Assembly: GCA_029258735.1 (NCBI GenBank)
Contig: JAPDKD010000002.1
Location: forward strand, 1 to 52,547
Direction: 5' to 3'
Origin: an archaeon
Lineage (GTDB): Archaea > Thermoproteota > Thermoprotei > Thermofilales > JAPDKD01
DNA: 52,547 bases
Made by a program: the position numbers and the translations under genes. How positions within the stretch are numbered: the first letter of the stretch is position 1; the number at the start of each line of letters is the position of its first letter. This document shows, piece after piece, positions 39,135 to 48,495 of the stretch. The notes under the pieces were generated by a model. The model made no database searches. It had not been told where the DNA came from and saw nothing but the letters and a program-made list of their open reading frames with translations.

Positions 39135-39284
39135 TTATTCTTCTTCCTCTAACTCTTCCTCCTCTAGTTCTTCCCATTCCTCTTCTTCCCATTCGTCTTC
39201 CCATTCTTCCTCTTCATCCCATTCCTCTTCTTCCTCTAGTTCTTCTTCCCATTCTTCCTCCTCTGATATTGGGGAAGGCGGCAT
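39135..39284 (-). CDS. 49-aa Glu/Trp-rich microprotein
   Basis: Hand translation MPPSPISEEEEWEEELEEEEEWDEEEEWEDEWEEEEWEELEEEELEEEE; GGTGG SD upstream; mixed GAA/GAG codons keep the frame. Confidence 0.75.
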   Translation of the reverse strand: MPPSPISEEEEWEEELEEEEEWDEEEEWEDEWEEEEWEELEEEELEEEE

Positions 39285-39351
39285 ATTTTTCCACCATTGA
39301 TTTTTGTTATAGATGGAGTATATTAGTTTAATTTTCTCCTTTTTACTGTAA

Positions 39352-39747
39352 CTATGTTGTTTTGCATGCTATTGGTACGTAGCGAACTGTGAGTTTATAG
39401 GTTTTCTCGAGTATTTTGTGGAGTTGAGTTATTTTACTGGATTTGCCTGCTACGAGTATCATGTCTACGCAGACGTCGCCCAGATTAGCGTGATTATAGA
39501 AACGTACTATGTCGCTGTAGTTGCTGAGTGTTGCTAGGAGGTCTATATGTTTGCTGGCGTCGACGACTATTAGTACTCCTCTGCATTCGTGCTCGACTAT
39601 GTAGTGGTCGTGTGACCTGACGTAGTCTGAGATGGCTTCGCTGACTATTCTCGAGCGGTCGAGTTGCATTGCTTCTGCTATTCTATTCAGTTTTTCTGTT
39701 AGCTTTTGGGGTATCGATACGCCAAACCTTACTTTGCGTTCTCTCAT
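39352..39747 (-). CDS. NikR-like ribbon-helix-helix metalloregulator
   Basis: RFGVSIP...DRSRIVSEAI RHH plus C-terminal ACT-like domain with H/C residues. Confidence 0.85.
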   Translation of the reverse strand: MRERKVRFGVSIPQKLTEKLNRIAEAMQLDRSRIVSEAISDYVRSHDHYIVEHECRGVLIVVDASKHIDLLATLSNYSDIVRFYNHANLGDVCVDMILVAGKSSKITQLHKILEKTYKLTVRYVPIACKTT

Positions 39748-41618
39748 TTTCTCGCCCTCCAAAGTAGGGACGCAAGGTAAACTGCTAGAAGCATAATTCC
39801 GGCTATTGCTGCGGGTGACTGGTTTATGAGTATTCCTATATACAGTGCTAGGAGGCTGGAGATCATGCTTACGTAAATGCTAGTTAAAATTACGTTTAGG
39901 CTGCCTTTGCAGGTTGTTACCGCTATGGATGCTGGTAATAGCATTAATACGTGTTCCAGCACGAAGCCTACAGTTTTAATTAGGGCTACTGTCGCTAGGC
40001 CTAGGATCGTGAAGAATATTAAGTCGTATAGCTTGATGTTTAAGCCGGTCAGCGCGGCGCAGTCTCTTTCGGTGCCGATGCATACTTGTTCACGGAATGT
40101 AATCAATACTGTCGCTAGTATTACCAGTGCTATGACTATTGAGTAGAGCGCGCCGCTCCATCTTGTTAGGAGGGGGTCGCCAACTATTATAGCCCATATG
40201 TCGCTTTCTAAGGGATAGCTTGTTAGCACGTAGTAAATTGCTAGCACGCTTATTGATGCTGTGGCTGACACGAATACTGCGGTAGCTATGTCGCTTTTTA
40301 TTCCTCGGTTAATCATGTAGCCTACAGTGTACGTGAGCAGTATACCTACGACTATGCTCCACAGTTGCTGGTCTCCAAGCCTTATGGTCTCAGATATCGG
40401 TATTGCTATTACGGCTGCTAGAAGGGCGGAGTGCGCGGATGCGCCTGCGAGGAAGAAGAGGCGTCTTACGGCTATGATGGCGCTCAGGGCTCCGTAAGCG
40501 ATAGCGGCGGATGACATTACAAGGAACCATACGATATTTGTCAGGTAGGCAAGTAGCGCAGATTCGGCTAGAAGTATTATCATGATGATTTTCTCTATTT
40601 TTGAAAGAAAGTATGGGTATTTTCCAGTGAACTTTAGCGCAGCTAATAACGAGTATAGGGCAAATGTAAGTATTGTTACGTAAAAGATTAGGCTTGTATA
40701 TGTAATAGCTTGTGTCATCTGGGTTTCGGGTGGTGATGGGGCTCTGGCCTGAATAGCTTTAAGCTGACTTGTTATTGTACTTAATTTTTCGAGGAATGTT
40801 CCTTTGCTGAAGGGGGCAGGCACATATAGTACGGGAATATTATATTTTTCGGCCAGTTCTTCGAGCTTCTTTGAGGCTGCTTGGTTTACTGGGGACAAGA
40901 CTATTGCAAGCTTAATCTGTCCCTTTGAAATTGCCTCTTCGATTTTTAACAGGTCGCTTGGTGTGGCAGAAACTCCGTGCTCTTTAATCACCAGGTATTT
41001 GATTTTTATGCCTAACCAAGATACGGCGTACTGTGCGGGTGGGGCATCGGCAACCGCTGTTATGCCCGTGTAATTGGCGTAGGCTTCGAGGCTCCTAATT
41101 TGCTGGATAATTTTTTCGGCTTTCTCTTTGTAGGTTTCGAAGCATTTGGGATTTAAGTTTGCTAGAGTATCTGCCACTGCTTTGATAAATGTCTCATAGT
41201 TGCTTGGATCATAGATAGGCATGTGGTAGTTCGGCTTTTCTGTAGCGGGGTTCTGTAGTATCTTTATTCCTTTTAGCTTGGGAATTTCTAGCAGCACTGC
41301 CTTTAGCTGTTTACTCTGCACTACTTCCCTAATTGATACTTCAAATGGAGCATGCGCCGTGGAAATTATTACATCTGCCCTAGTCAGCAGTTCAATATTT
41401 TCGGGCGTTAACTGGTAACTGTGCGGGTCAACTCCATAAGGCGCCAATGATACTACAATGTCTTCTTCCCATGCTATTTGTTTAACTTCGTCAGCTATAT
41501 TGGGAAATGTTGTAACTATTAGTAGGCCCCGCTGTGGCGCTGCCGAAGCGTCAACGCTTTGAATCAAGACTATTAAAAAGATTAGGACAACTACGAGCAT
41601 CTGTTCTCGCTTCATCAT
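39744..41618 (-). CDS. Fused Zn/Mn ABC substrate-binding protein and ABC-3 permease
   Basis: N-half GVDPHSYQLTP, NYHMP, EHG; C-half RRLFFLAGASAHSAL, IIVGDPL, KTVGFVL; single uninterrupted ORF. Confidence 0.9.
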   Translation of the reverse strand: MMKREQMLVVVLIFLIVLIQSVDASAAPQRGLLIVTTFPNIADEVKQIAWEEDIVVSLAPYGVDPHSYQLTPENIELLTRADVIISTAHAPFEVSIREVVQSKQLKAVLLEIPKLKGIKILQNPATEKPNYHMPIYDPSNYETFIKAVADTLANLNPKCFETYKEKAEKIIQQIRSLEAYANYTGITAVADAPPAQYAVSWLGIKIKYLVIKEHGVSATPSDLLKIEEAISKGQIKLAIVLSPVNQAASKKLEELAEKYNIPVLYVPAPFSKGTFLEKLSTITSQLKAIQARAPSPPETQMTQAITYTSLIFYVTILTFALYSLLAALKFTGKYPYFLSKIEKIIMIILLAESALLAYLTNIVWFLVMSSAAIAYGALSAIIAVRRLFFLAGASAHSALLAAVIAIPISETIRLGDQQLWSIVVGILLTYTVGYMINRGIKSDIATAVFVSATASISVLAIYYVLTSYPLESDIWAIIVGDPLLTRWSGALYSIVIALVILATVLITFREQVCIGTERDCAALTGLNIKLYDLIFFTILGLATVALIKTVGFVLEHVLMLLPASIAVTTCKGSLNVILTSIYVSMISSLLALYIGILINQSPAAIAGIMLLAVYLASLLWRARK

Positions 41619-41633
41619 AGAATCACACGTTCT

Positions 41634-41689
41634 TTTTTGTGCACACTTACTTAAAAATATTATTAGGATGAAAAATTTTTGTGCACAAA
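41634..41689. promoter_or_regulatory. Paired palindromic operator sites flanking a TATA box
   Basis: TTTTTGTGCACA at 41634-41645 and 41676-41687; minus-strand TTTTAAG between them. Confidence 0.65.
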
Positions 41690-41692
41690 TAG

Positions 41693-43098
41693 TTAGTGTT
41701 CGTGATGGTGGTGCCAGGCTTCAGGTTCTCTTAGGTTGAGGAACGCTCTTTCCACTACTTCGGACAGGGCGGGTGTATGTGCATCCCCCTGAATATGGGT
41801 ATAGCTGAGCGTGCGCCAGTGTACATTAGGGTTACTATTTCCTGTATTAGTATCGAGGCCTCAGGTCCAATTATGTGTGCTCCCAGTATTCTATAGCCGT
41901 CCCTATCCACTATCACTTTAGCGAAGTAGTCTTTCACCGTCATCGCTTCGCCCATGGCTGTGTCTTGGTAGCGGTAGTAGCCTACCAGGATGTCGTGTTT
42001 CATGGCCGCTTCCTCCTCTTTCATGCCTACGCTGGCTATTTCTGGCTCGGTGAAGATAGCGTGGGAACGGCGTGGTATGTTACCCTGACTTGCTCGCCCA
42101 GGAAAGCGTTGTAGAAGACTATTTGGGATTCGTAGTTCGCCTTGTGCTTGTACATGTGTATGCCGTTGGCGTCGCCGCAGGCCCATATGTCCTCCTTGCT
42201 TGTTCTTAGATATTTGTCGGTAATTATCCAGCCCTTCTCGTTTGTTTTTACGCCCGTCTTTTCTGGCCTAGTTATGTCCGAATTTGACGCTCTGCTAGCG
42301 GCTATCAGCATCTCGTCTACCTCTACTTCGACTGTGTCTCCTGTTTCTGTTTTCGGCTGTGACTACTTTTCTTTCGCCTCGTTTTCTGACTTCCACGACC
42401 TCGTGGCTAGTCTTTATATCCATGTATTTGGCTAGGTCTTGCTGGAATAGGCTGGAGATTTCAGGTTCTTCGTGGGGCATTATGCGGGGCCGCCTTCCGA
42501 ATATTGTTACCTTTGATCCCATCATTGCTAGGAAGAAGCCCAGCCCTACTGCTATGTATCCTCCGCCAACTATTGCTATGCTTCTCGGTAGCTTTCTTAG
42601 GTCTCTGAAGAAGTTGTCGTTTGTGAGGTAGCTTACTTCCTCTAGCCCGTCGATGGGAGGTATGTAGGGCTTCGAGCCGGTGCAGAGGAGTATCTTGTTT
42701 CCCTCTATTTCTTCTTCTCCCACGTCTACCGTGTAGTCTCCTACGAAGGTTCCATTGATCTTGTAGAGGTCCACTAAGGGGTGATGCTTCAAGGATTCCT
42801 CTATTTGCCTGCTTTCGCTGCTTATTGATCTATGTGTTCTCTCCATTATTCCGGTGAAGTCTATCGAGTTTATTGTCGCGTTTATTCCAAGCCTTTTCGC
42901 CTCCTTTATTCTCCTAGCCGTTATGGCCGGGTATAGGAGCATTTTTGAGGGTATGCAGCCCCTGGTTAGGCATATGCCGCCTACCATGTTGTTTTCTATG
43001 ACGGCTACGCGTATCGGGTGGCCTGAGTTGAGGAGTTCGGAGACTATGTTGAGCGATGAGCCAGTTCCGAAGGCTATTACGTCGTAGTGTTTAACCAT
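41693..43098 (-). pseudogene. Flavoprotein disulfide reductase (dihydrolipoamide dehydrogenase-like), three frameshifts
   Basis: GGICLTRGCIPSK, GGGYIA, WACGDA, AIFTEPEIASVG, HIHP..LSEVVE across four segments; ends WHHHHEH-stop at 41693. Confidence 0.88.
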
Positions 43099-43161
43099 TA
43101 TAATCGCCTAGTGCTTTAGAAGGGAGGCGGAATTAAAACTTTATGACGGCGTAATATCTCG

Positions 43162-43932
43162 TTATCCCAGCATTACGTCGAGGACAAGCATTGTTACTAG
43201 CCCAATTATTAGGCCGTACGTTGCTCTTCGCTCGTGGCCTACGCGATGAGTTTCGGGGATCATCTCGTCGCTGACCACGAATATCATGGCTCCCCCGGCG
43301 AACCCCATAGCGTAGGGCAGGATGGGGTGAGCGTAGGCTACAGCTACGGCACCTATTATAGCTAAGGGGAACTCGACTAAGCCTGAGAGGAAGGAAGTGA
43401 TGAATGCTTTACGCCTCGATGAGTTTTTCACGGAGAGAAGGGAGAAGGCTATCGAGAGCCCTTCTGGTATGTTCTGTATTCCTATGGCTATGGCTAGTGC
43501 TAGCGCGTCAGCCGTTAGGCCGGAACCCGCTCCCACACCTACGGCAAGCCCTTCAGGCATGTTGTGAAGAGTTACCGCTATCACGAAAAGCCACACAGCC
43601 CTTAGCCTTTCGGCATGTTTACCCTCTACTCCTATTATTTTATGCATGTGCGGGATTATGCGGTCTGCTAGACCGATAGAATATGCTCCTATTAGGATTC
43701 CCAGCACTGCTGGCGCTATTCCGCCGAGTTCTATTCCCGGAAGTATTAGGCTTGTGAAGCTTGCTGCCAGCATTACTCCTGACGCGAAGCCCAAGCCGAT
43801 GTCTAGGAATTTCTCTGGAAGCTTTTTTAGGAAGAGGACGGGTAGAGCTCCAGCCGCATTTAAAGCAGTGGTTAAGCTGCCAGCTAAAACCGCGAGAAGC
43901 AAAGGGTCAAGAGTTTCAAGCCAGCTCAACAT
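43162..43932 (-). CDS. ZIP family metal transporter (GufA/ZupT-like)
   Basis: GFASGVML, LHNMPEGLAVG, QNIPEG, EMIPETH. Confidence 0.95.
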   Translation of the reverse strand: MLSWLETLDPLLLAVLAGSLTTALNAAGALPVLFLKKLPEKFLDIGLGFASGVMLAASFTSLILPGIELGGIAPAVLGILIGAYSIGLADRIIPHMHKIIGVEGKHAERLRAVWLFVIAVTLHNMPEGLAVGVGAGSGLTADALALAIAIGIQNIPEGLSIAFSLLSVKNSSRRKAFITSFLSGLVEFPLAIIGAVAVAYAHPILPYAMGFAGGAMIFVVSDEMIPETHRVGHERRATYGLIIGLVTMLVLDVMLG

Positions 43933-44223
43933 TCACCACCTAATAAGATGCTTGTATTCCGGGTGCTTCTTGAAAAAACGTACAGCGTAATTGCATACTG
44001 GCTTAATATTGAGTCCTCTTTCTTTGGCGAAGCTCAGGATTGCTCGCATTAAGTGTGCCGCTAAGCCTCTTCCTCGATATTGGGGTTGCGTATAAGTGCT
44101 AATAATTATGATTGTGTTTTCCTGCACTTTGTATATCACGTGCGAGGCTTCGATGCCGTTTATTATAAGCTTGAAGCGCCTAGCCCGTGGGTCGTGAACT
44201 ATGCGGTACCTTTCTTTGCTCAT
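43933..44223 (-). CDS. Small GNAT acetyltransferase (Acetyltransf_CG type)
   Basis: STYT.PQYRGRGLA, IKPVCNY, KHPEY. Confidence 0.88.
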   Translation of the reverse strand: MSKERYRIVHDPRARRFKLIINGIEASHVIYKVQENTIIIISTYTQPQYRGRGLAAHLMRAILSFAKERGLNIKPVCNYAVRFFKKHPEYKHLIRW

Positions 44224-44261
44224 TGATTTTTAGATTATAGTCGTACTAATAGCCTTAATGT

Positions 44262-45716
44262 TTACAAGTATTTTACTACGTAAAATGAGCCTTTCAAACG
44301 GCTGTAGCCGCGCTTGAAATAGTATTCCCTAGCACCTATGCCTGAGATTACCAGCATCTTTTTTGCGTCGAATTCTTCAGCCGCTATCCTTTCAGCCTCT
44401 GCCAGTAGTTTGCTGCCGAGGCCCTTGTGTTGCCACCATTCCCCCTCTTCGCCCACAGGGGTTGCAGGACCGTATACATGAAGCTCCCTAACTATCGCCG
44501 TTTTGTTGTCTACCTCCCATCTGCGGGCTCGCTCGCTTGGTACGCGCAGTCTCAGAAATCCGTAAATAAGGTCTCTAGCGGCGTCCTCGAATGAGAGGAA
44601 GACTTCATGCCCCCCGCTTGCCTCGTAGTCTCGCCGCATTATCTTCATGTCTCTTGGATCCGGAATTTCTCCGGTTCTTAGCACGTATCTGCCAGCTTCC
44701 CTGCACCTTATGCACCTGCATTTAAGGCCATGATCTTTCATGTACTTCCAGACTACTTCACGAAGGTTTGTTTTCTTATAGCCAGCTGCAACCCAGTTCG
44801 AGGGGACGTCTCTCTGAACTCTTATTATTCTCACGTATGGCGGCGTCAGTGCTTTTACCTTGGCTATAAGCTTTATCAGGGTTTCATCGTCGTAGGGCTG
44901 GTATTTTCCCTCCTTCCACCACTTGTAAAGCTTGGTTCCCGGCACGACTATTGTTGGATATATTTTTATGTAGTCTGGGCGATAGTCCGGGTTCTCGTAT
45001 ATCTCTCTAAAAGCTTGATAGTCTCGGTCGGGGTCAGAGCCGGGCAGCGCGAGCATCATGTGATATGTAACCTTGTAGCCTGCGTCCTTCAGTATTCTAG
45101 TTGCTTCTATACTGTCCCTGACTGTGTGGCCGCGCTTAACTTTCTCCAATATATCATCGTATATTGTTTGGACTCCAAGCTCTACTCTTGTTGCTCCGAG
45201 GTGGAGAAACCAGTCCACGTGCTTCTCTTTGCTCCAGTCGGGCCGCGTCTCCAGGGTTAGGCCGACGCAGCGAACCTTAGCCTTCTCGTTTTTTAGCTGC
45301 GCCTCTTCCAGCGAAATTTCGTTGGGCGGCTCTTCCTCGGGGAACCTGTTCATGGCTTCCAAGGACATGGCTACAAACCATTCCTGGTAGTTTCGAGGCA
45401 TCGCCGGGAAGGTTCCTCCCATTACTATCAACTCGATTTTGCTGGGGTAGTGTCCCATACCTATGTACTGGCGTAGCCTAGCGTTCACCTGCCTATACGG
45501 GTGATAATTGAAGAGCAAAGCACGCTTAACGGCAGGGGAGTCCTCCACGTAGCTTTGAGGCGTTCCCTGGCTTACTCCGCCGGGGCAGTAGATGCAGCGT
45601 CCGTGGGGGCATGGATAGGGCTTGCTCATCACTGCTACAACGCTTACTCCAGATAGCATCCTAGTTGGACGCTTTATTTTTCTGAAAAGCTTTAGTCCAG
45701 GCAGCTCTTTGCTCAT
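44262..45716 (-). CDS. elp3: tRNA uridine(34) acetyltransferase Elp3
   Basis: CPHGRCIYCPGG, MGGTF, ETRPD, KIYPT, RVQRD, VRELHVYG, QHKGLG. Confidence 0.96.
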   Translation of the reverse strand: MSKELPGLKLFRKIKRPTRMLSGVSVVAVMSKPYPCPHGRCIYCPGGVSQGTPQSYVEDSPAVKRALLFNYHPYRQVNARLRQYIGMGHYPSKIELIVMGGTFPAMPRNYQEWFVAMSLEAMNRFPEEEPPNEISLEEAQLKNEKAKVRCVGLTLETRPDWSKEKHVDWFLHLGATRVELGVQTIYDDILEKVKRGHTVRDSIEATRILKDAGYKVTYHMMLALPGSDPDRDYQAFREIYENPDYRPDYIKIYPTIVVPGTKLYKWWKEGKYQPYDDETLIKLIAKVKALTPPYVRIIRVQRDVPSNWVAAGYKKTNLREVVWKYMKDHGLKCRCIRCREAGRYVLRTGEIPDPRDMKIMRRDYEASGGHEVFLSFEDAARDLIYGFLRLRVPSERARRWEVDNKTAIVRELHVYGPATPVGEEGEWWQHKGLGSKLLAEAERIAAEEFDAKKMLVISGIGAREYYFKRGYSRLKGSFYVVKYL

Positions 45717-45755
45717 CTTCTTCTATTTTTTATAATTTGTGTGGGCTTAATATTA

Positions 45756-48458
45756 TTAAGATTTGGATAAGAATATTGTTTTTAGGGTCTCTATTATGAT
45801 AAAGACGGCTCCAGCTATAGCTATGGCTTGTATCCAGTCGTTGCCTGTTGGTGGAACTACTTTGAACGCTACAGCTAGAGGCGGTACATAGAGTATCATT
45901 AGTTGCATCAGAAGAGAGGCTATCAGAGCCAGTATTAGGAACTTATTTTTGAACACTCCAACCTTAAATACTGAATATCTCAAGCTCCGCGTAGACAAAG
46001 CTAGCAAGAGTTCTGTTAGGATCATCGATGTGAATAGCACCGTTCTCGCTTCAGTCTCACTTTTCCCTAATATATGGTAATTGTAGGCAAAGTCTCCAAG
46101 CAGTAAAGCACTAGCCAGTATTGGCGTGAACACTAGGAACAAAAGAACCTCCTGCCTTGATAGAACTGGCGCGTCTGGCTTGCGCGGCGGCCTTTCCATT
46201 ATATCTGGGTCTGCCGGGTCTATGCCTAGAGCCAAGGCTGGGAGACCGTCGGTTACCAGGTTTATCCATAGGTAGTGTACGGCGTAAAACGGTAGAGGCA
46301 GGGCGAAGAAGGTGGCTAGGAGGGGTATTATTATCTCAGCTATGTTGCACCTAAGGAGGTAAGAAAGATATTTCCGGACGTTTTCAAATATTTCGCGCCC
46401 CTCCTTCACTGCTGCTACTATGGTTGCGAAGTTGTCGTCTGCCAGTATCATGTCAGATGCTTCCTTTGCAACTTCTGTTCCAGTTATTCCCATAGCGATG
46501 CCTATGTCGGCTGCCTTGAGTGCTGGAGCGTCGTTTACTCCGTCCCCAGTCATAGCGACTATATGACCGCGTTTCTTCAGAGCCCTGACTATCGATAGCT
46601 TGTGTTCTGGCGACACTCTAGCGTATACTCTAGTTTTCTCAACTACTTTGAGGAGTTCGTCGAAGCTCATGGTGTCTAGGTCTGCTCCGGTGAGAACGAG
46701 GTCGCCTTCTCCGTAGAGTCCGAGCTCCTTCGCTATGGCTACGGCCGTTAGCTTGTGATCCCCCGTAATCATAGCTACGGATATGCCTGCCCTTCTGCAG
46801 AGTTCGAGAGCTTCCTTCACTTCGGGCCTCGGAGGATCCATCATTCCCACTAGGCCTAGGAACACCAAGTCGCTTTCGTGTTTTTCGTGAGGCGAGGATA
46901 CTTCCTCCTCGCCGGCAACGCGGAAGGCAAAGGCCAAGTTTCTGAGGCCTTTCCTAGCGAAATCGTCGTTTACTTTCTTTATTTTTTCTCTTTCCTCATC
47001 TGTTAGCTCGACTATTTCGCCATTTTTCATTATGTATCTGCATAGGCTAATTATGACTTCAGGCGCGCCTTTAATGAAAAGGTAGTACTCGTTTTCGGGC
47101 GTTTTGTGAAATGTGCTCATCCTCTTCCTCTCGGATGAGAAGGGTATTTCGCCTATTCTTGGATATGTTGACTTAACTTCTTCGATATTTATGCCCGCTT
47201 TTTCGGCTAAAACTAGTAGAGCCCCCTCTGTCGTATCTCCAACTATTGTTCTTTTTTCTTCTACTTCTTCTATTCTTGCATCGTTATTCAGCACTCCGGC
47301 AAGCAGTAGCAATTCTAGCTCTTTTACCTTTCTTGGATCGACTTTTTCCCCATTGATCAGTAGTTCTCCTTTGGGATCATATCCTGAGCCTGTAACGTCA
47401 ATTATCCTGTTGGATACGTAGATTTTTCTCGCGGTCATTTCTCCCTTGGTCATTGTACCAGTCTTGTCGGCGCATATATAAGTGGTGCTGCCTAGCGTTT
47501 CGACGGCTGGCAGACGTGTTATTATCGCGTTCCTCTTAGCCATCCTGTACATGCCTACTGCGAGAGCGCCAGTTACAACCGCGGGCAGAGCCTCTGGTAC
47601 CGCTGCTACGGCTAGGCTTATGGCCCAGAAAGCCATCGTCAAGATATCGTATTTCCAGATGAATATCCCAACTACAGCGACGAATGCTGCTGTGCTTAGG
47701 CTTAAAGCTGCTAGGAGCTTGCCCAGATATGCCATTCGGCGCTCAAGAGGCGTTTCTTTCTTGCCTGCTTCCTGTATTGTTTTTGCTATCTTACCCAGCT
47801 CTGTGTTATGTCCCGTGGCTACCACTACTGCTGTGCCTTTGCCATATGTTACTACGGTGCCCGAAAAGACCATGTTAATTCTGTCGGGAACTGGCGTTTC
47901 GGGCGGAACCTTGCCCGAAGTTTTTTCGACACTGTATGATTCGCCCGTTAGCGGAGCTTCGTCAACGCGCAGGTTTATGGATTCTATTATCCTGGCGTCT
48001 GCAGCGACCTTATCTCCAGCCTGCAGGATAAGGATGTCGCCTGGAACTACTTCACTCGCCTTAACCGTTACTTCTTTGCCGTCGCGAAGCACGCGCGCTG
48101 TCAAAGCCGCCATTTTTTTGAGGGCTTCTACTGCTCGTTCGGCCTTATATTCTTGGTAGAAACCGAGCAGGGCGCTTGCAATAACTATAGCTACTATAGT
48201 AATGGCATCCGTTAGTTCACCTATTAGGAACGATAAGCCTGTCGCTAGGAGAAGCATGAGAACTAGTGGACTCTCAAATTGGCCTAGGAGTATTCGCCAG
48301 GGCGATACGCCTTTCTCCGTTTTTATCTCATTAGGCCCATATTTCTCTAATCTCTTTCTGGCTTCATCATTTGATAGACCTTCGAGGGATGTGTCGAGCT
48401 TCTTAAGTACTTCCTCTAATTCCAGTGCGTGCCATCGGACTTCTTCGCCAGCCTGCAT
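45756..48458 (-). CDS. Cation-translocating P-type ATPase (type II, Ca2+-like)
   Basis: TGES, PEAL, DKTGT, KGAPE, MDPPR, TGDGVNDAPAL, WINLVTDG. Confidence 0.96.
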   Translation of the reverse strand: MQAGEEVRWHALELEEVLKKLDTSLEGLSNDEARKRLEKYGPNEIKTEKGVSPWRILLGQFESPLVLMLLLATGLSFLIGELTDAITIVAIVIASALLGFYQEYKAERAVEALKKMAALTARVLRDGKEVTVKASEVVPGDILILQAGDKVAADARIIESINLRVDEAPLTGESYSVEKTSGKVPPETPVPDRINMVFSGTVVTYGKGTAVVVATGHNTELGKIAKTIQEAGKKETPLERRMAYLGKLLAALSLSTAAFVAVVGIFIWKYDILTMAFWAISLAVAAVPEALPAVVTGALAVGMYRMAKRNAIITRLPAVETLGSTTYICADKTGTMTKGEMTARKIYVSNRIIDVTGSGYDPKGELLINGEKVDPRKVKELELLLLAGVLNNDARIEEVEEKRTIVGDTTEGALLVLAEKAGINIEEVKSTYPRIGEIPFSSERKRMSTFHKTPENEYYLFIKGAPEVIISLCRYIMKNGEIVELTDEEREKIKKVNDDFARKGLRNLAFAFRVAGEEEVSSPHEKHESDLVFLGLVGMMDPPRPEVKEALELCRRAGISVAMITGDHKLTAVAIAKELGLYGEGDLVLTGADLDTMSFDELLKVVEKTRVYARVSPEHKLSIVRALKKRGHIVAMTGDGVNDAPALKAADIGIAMGITGTEVAKEASDMILADDNFATIVAAVKEGREIFENVRKYLSYLLRCNIAEIIIPLLATFFALPLPFYAVHYLWINLVTDGLPALALGIDPADPDIMERPPRKPDAPVLSRQEVLLFLVFTPILASALLLGDFAYNYHILGKSETEARTVLFTSMILTELLLALSTRSLRYSVFKVGVFKNKFLILALIASLLMQLMILYVPPLAVAFKVVPPTGNDWIQAIAIAGAVFIIIETLKTIFLSKS

Positions 48459-48495
48459 GGAGGAACCCTAAAACCATTCGCGGCCATAACTTAAA

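Noticed and set aside
38970..39152. 60-aa plus-strand ORF
   Set aside because: No motifs; overlaps the better-supported minus-strand Glu/Trp ORF
39135..39265. TCTTCCCATTC-type repeats as CRISPR or tandem repeat
   Set aside because: Irregular, spacer-less and always in frame; explained by Glu/Trp codons
41693..43098. Mercuric reductase MerA
   Set aside because: No C-terminal Cys-Cys pair; has the HPxxxE motif of other disulfide reductases
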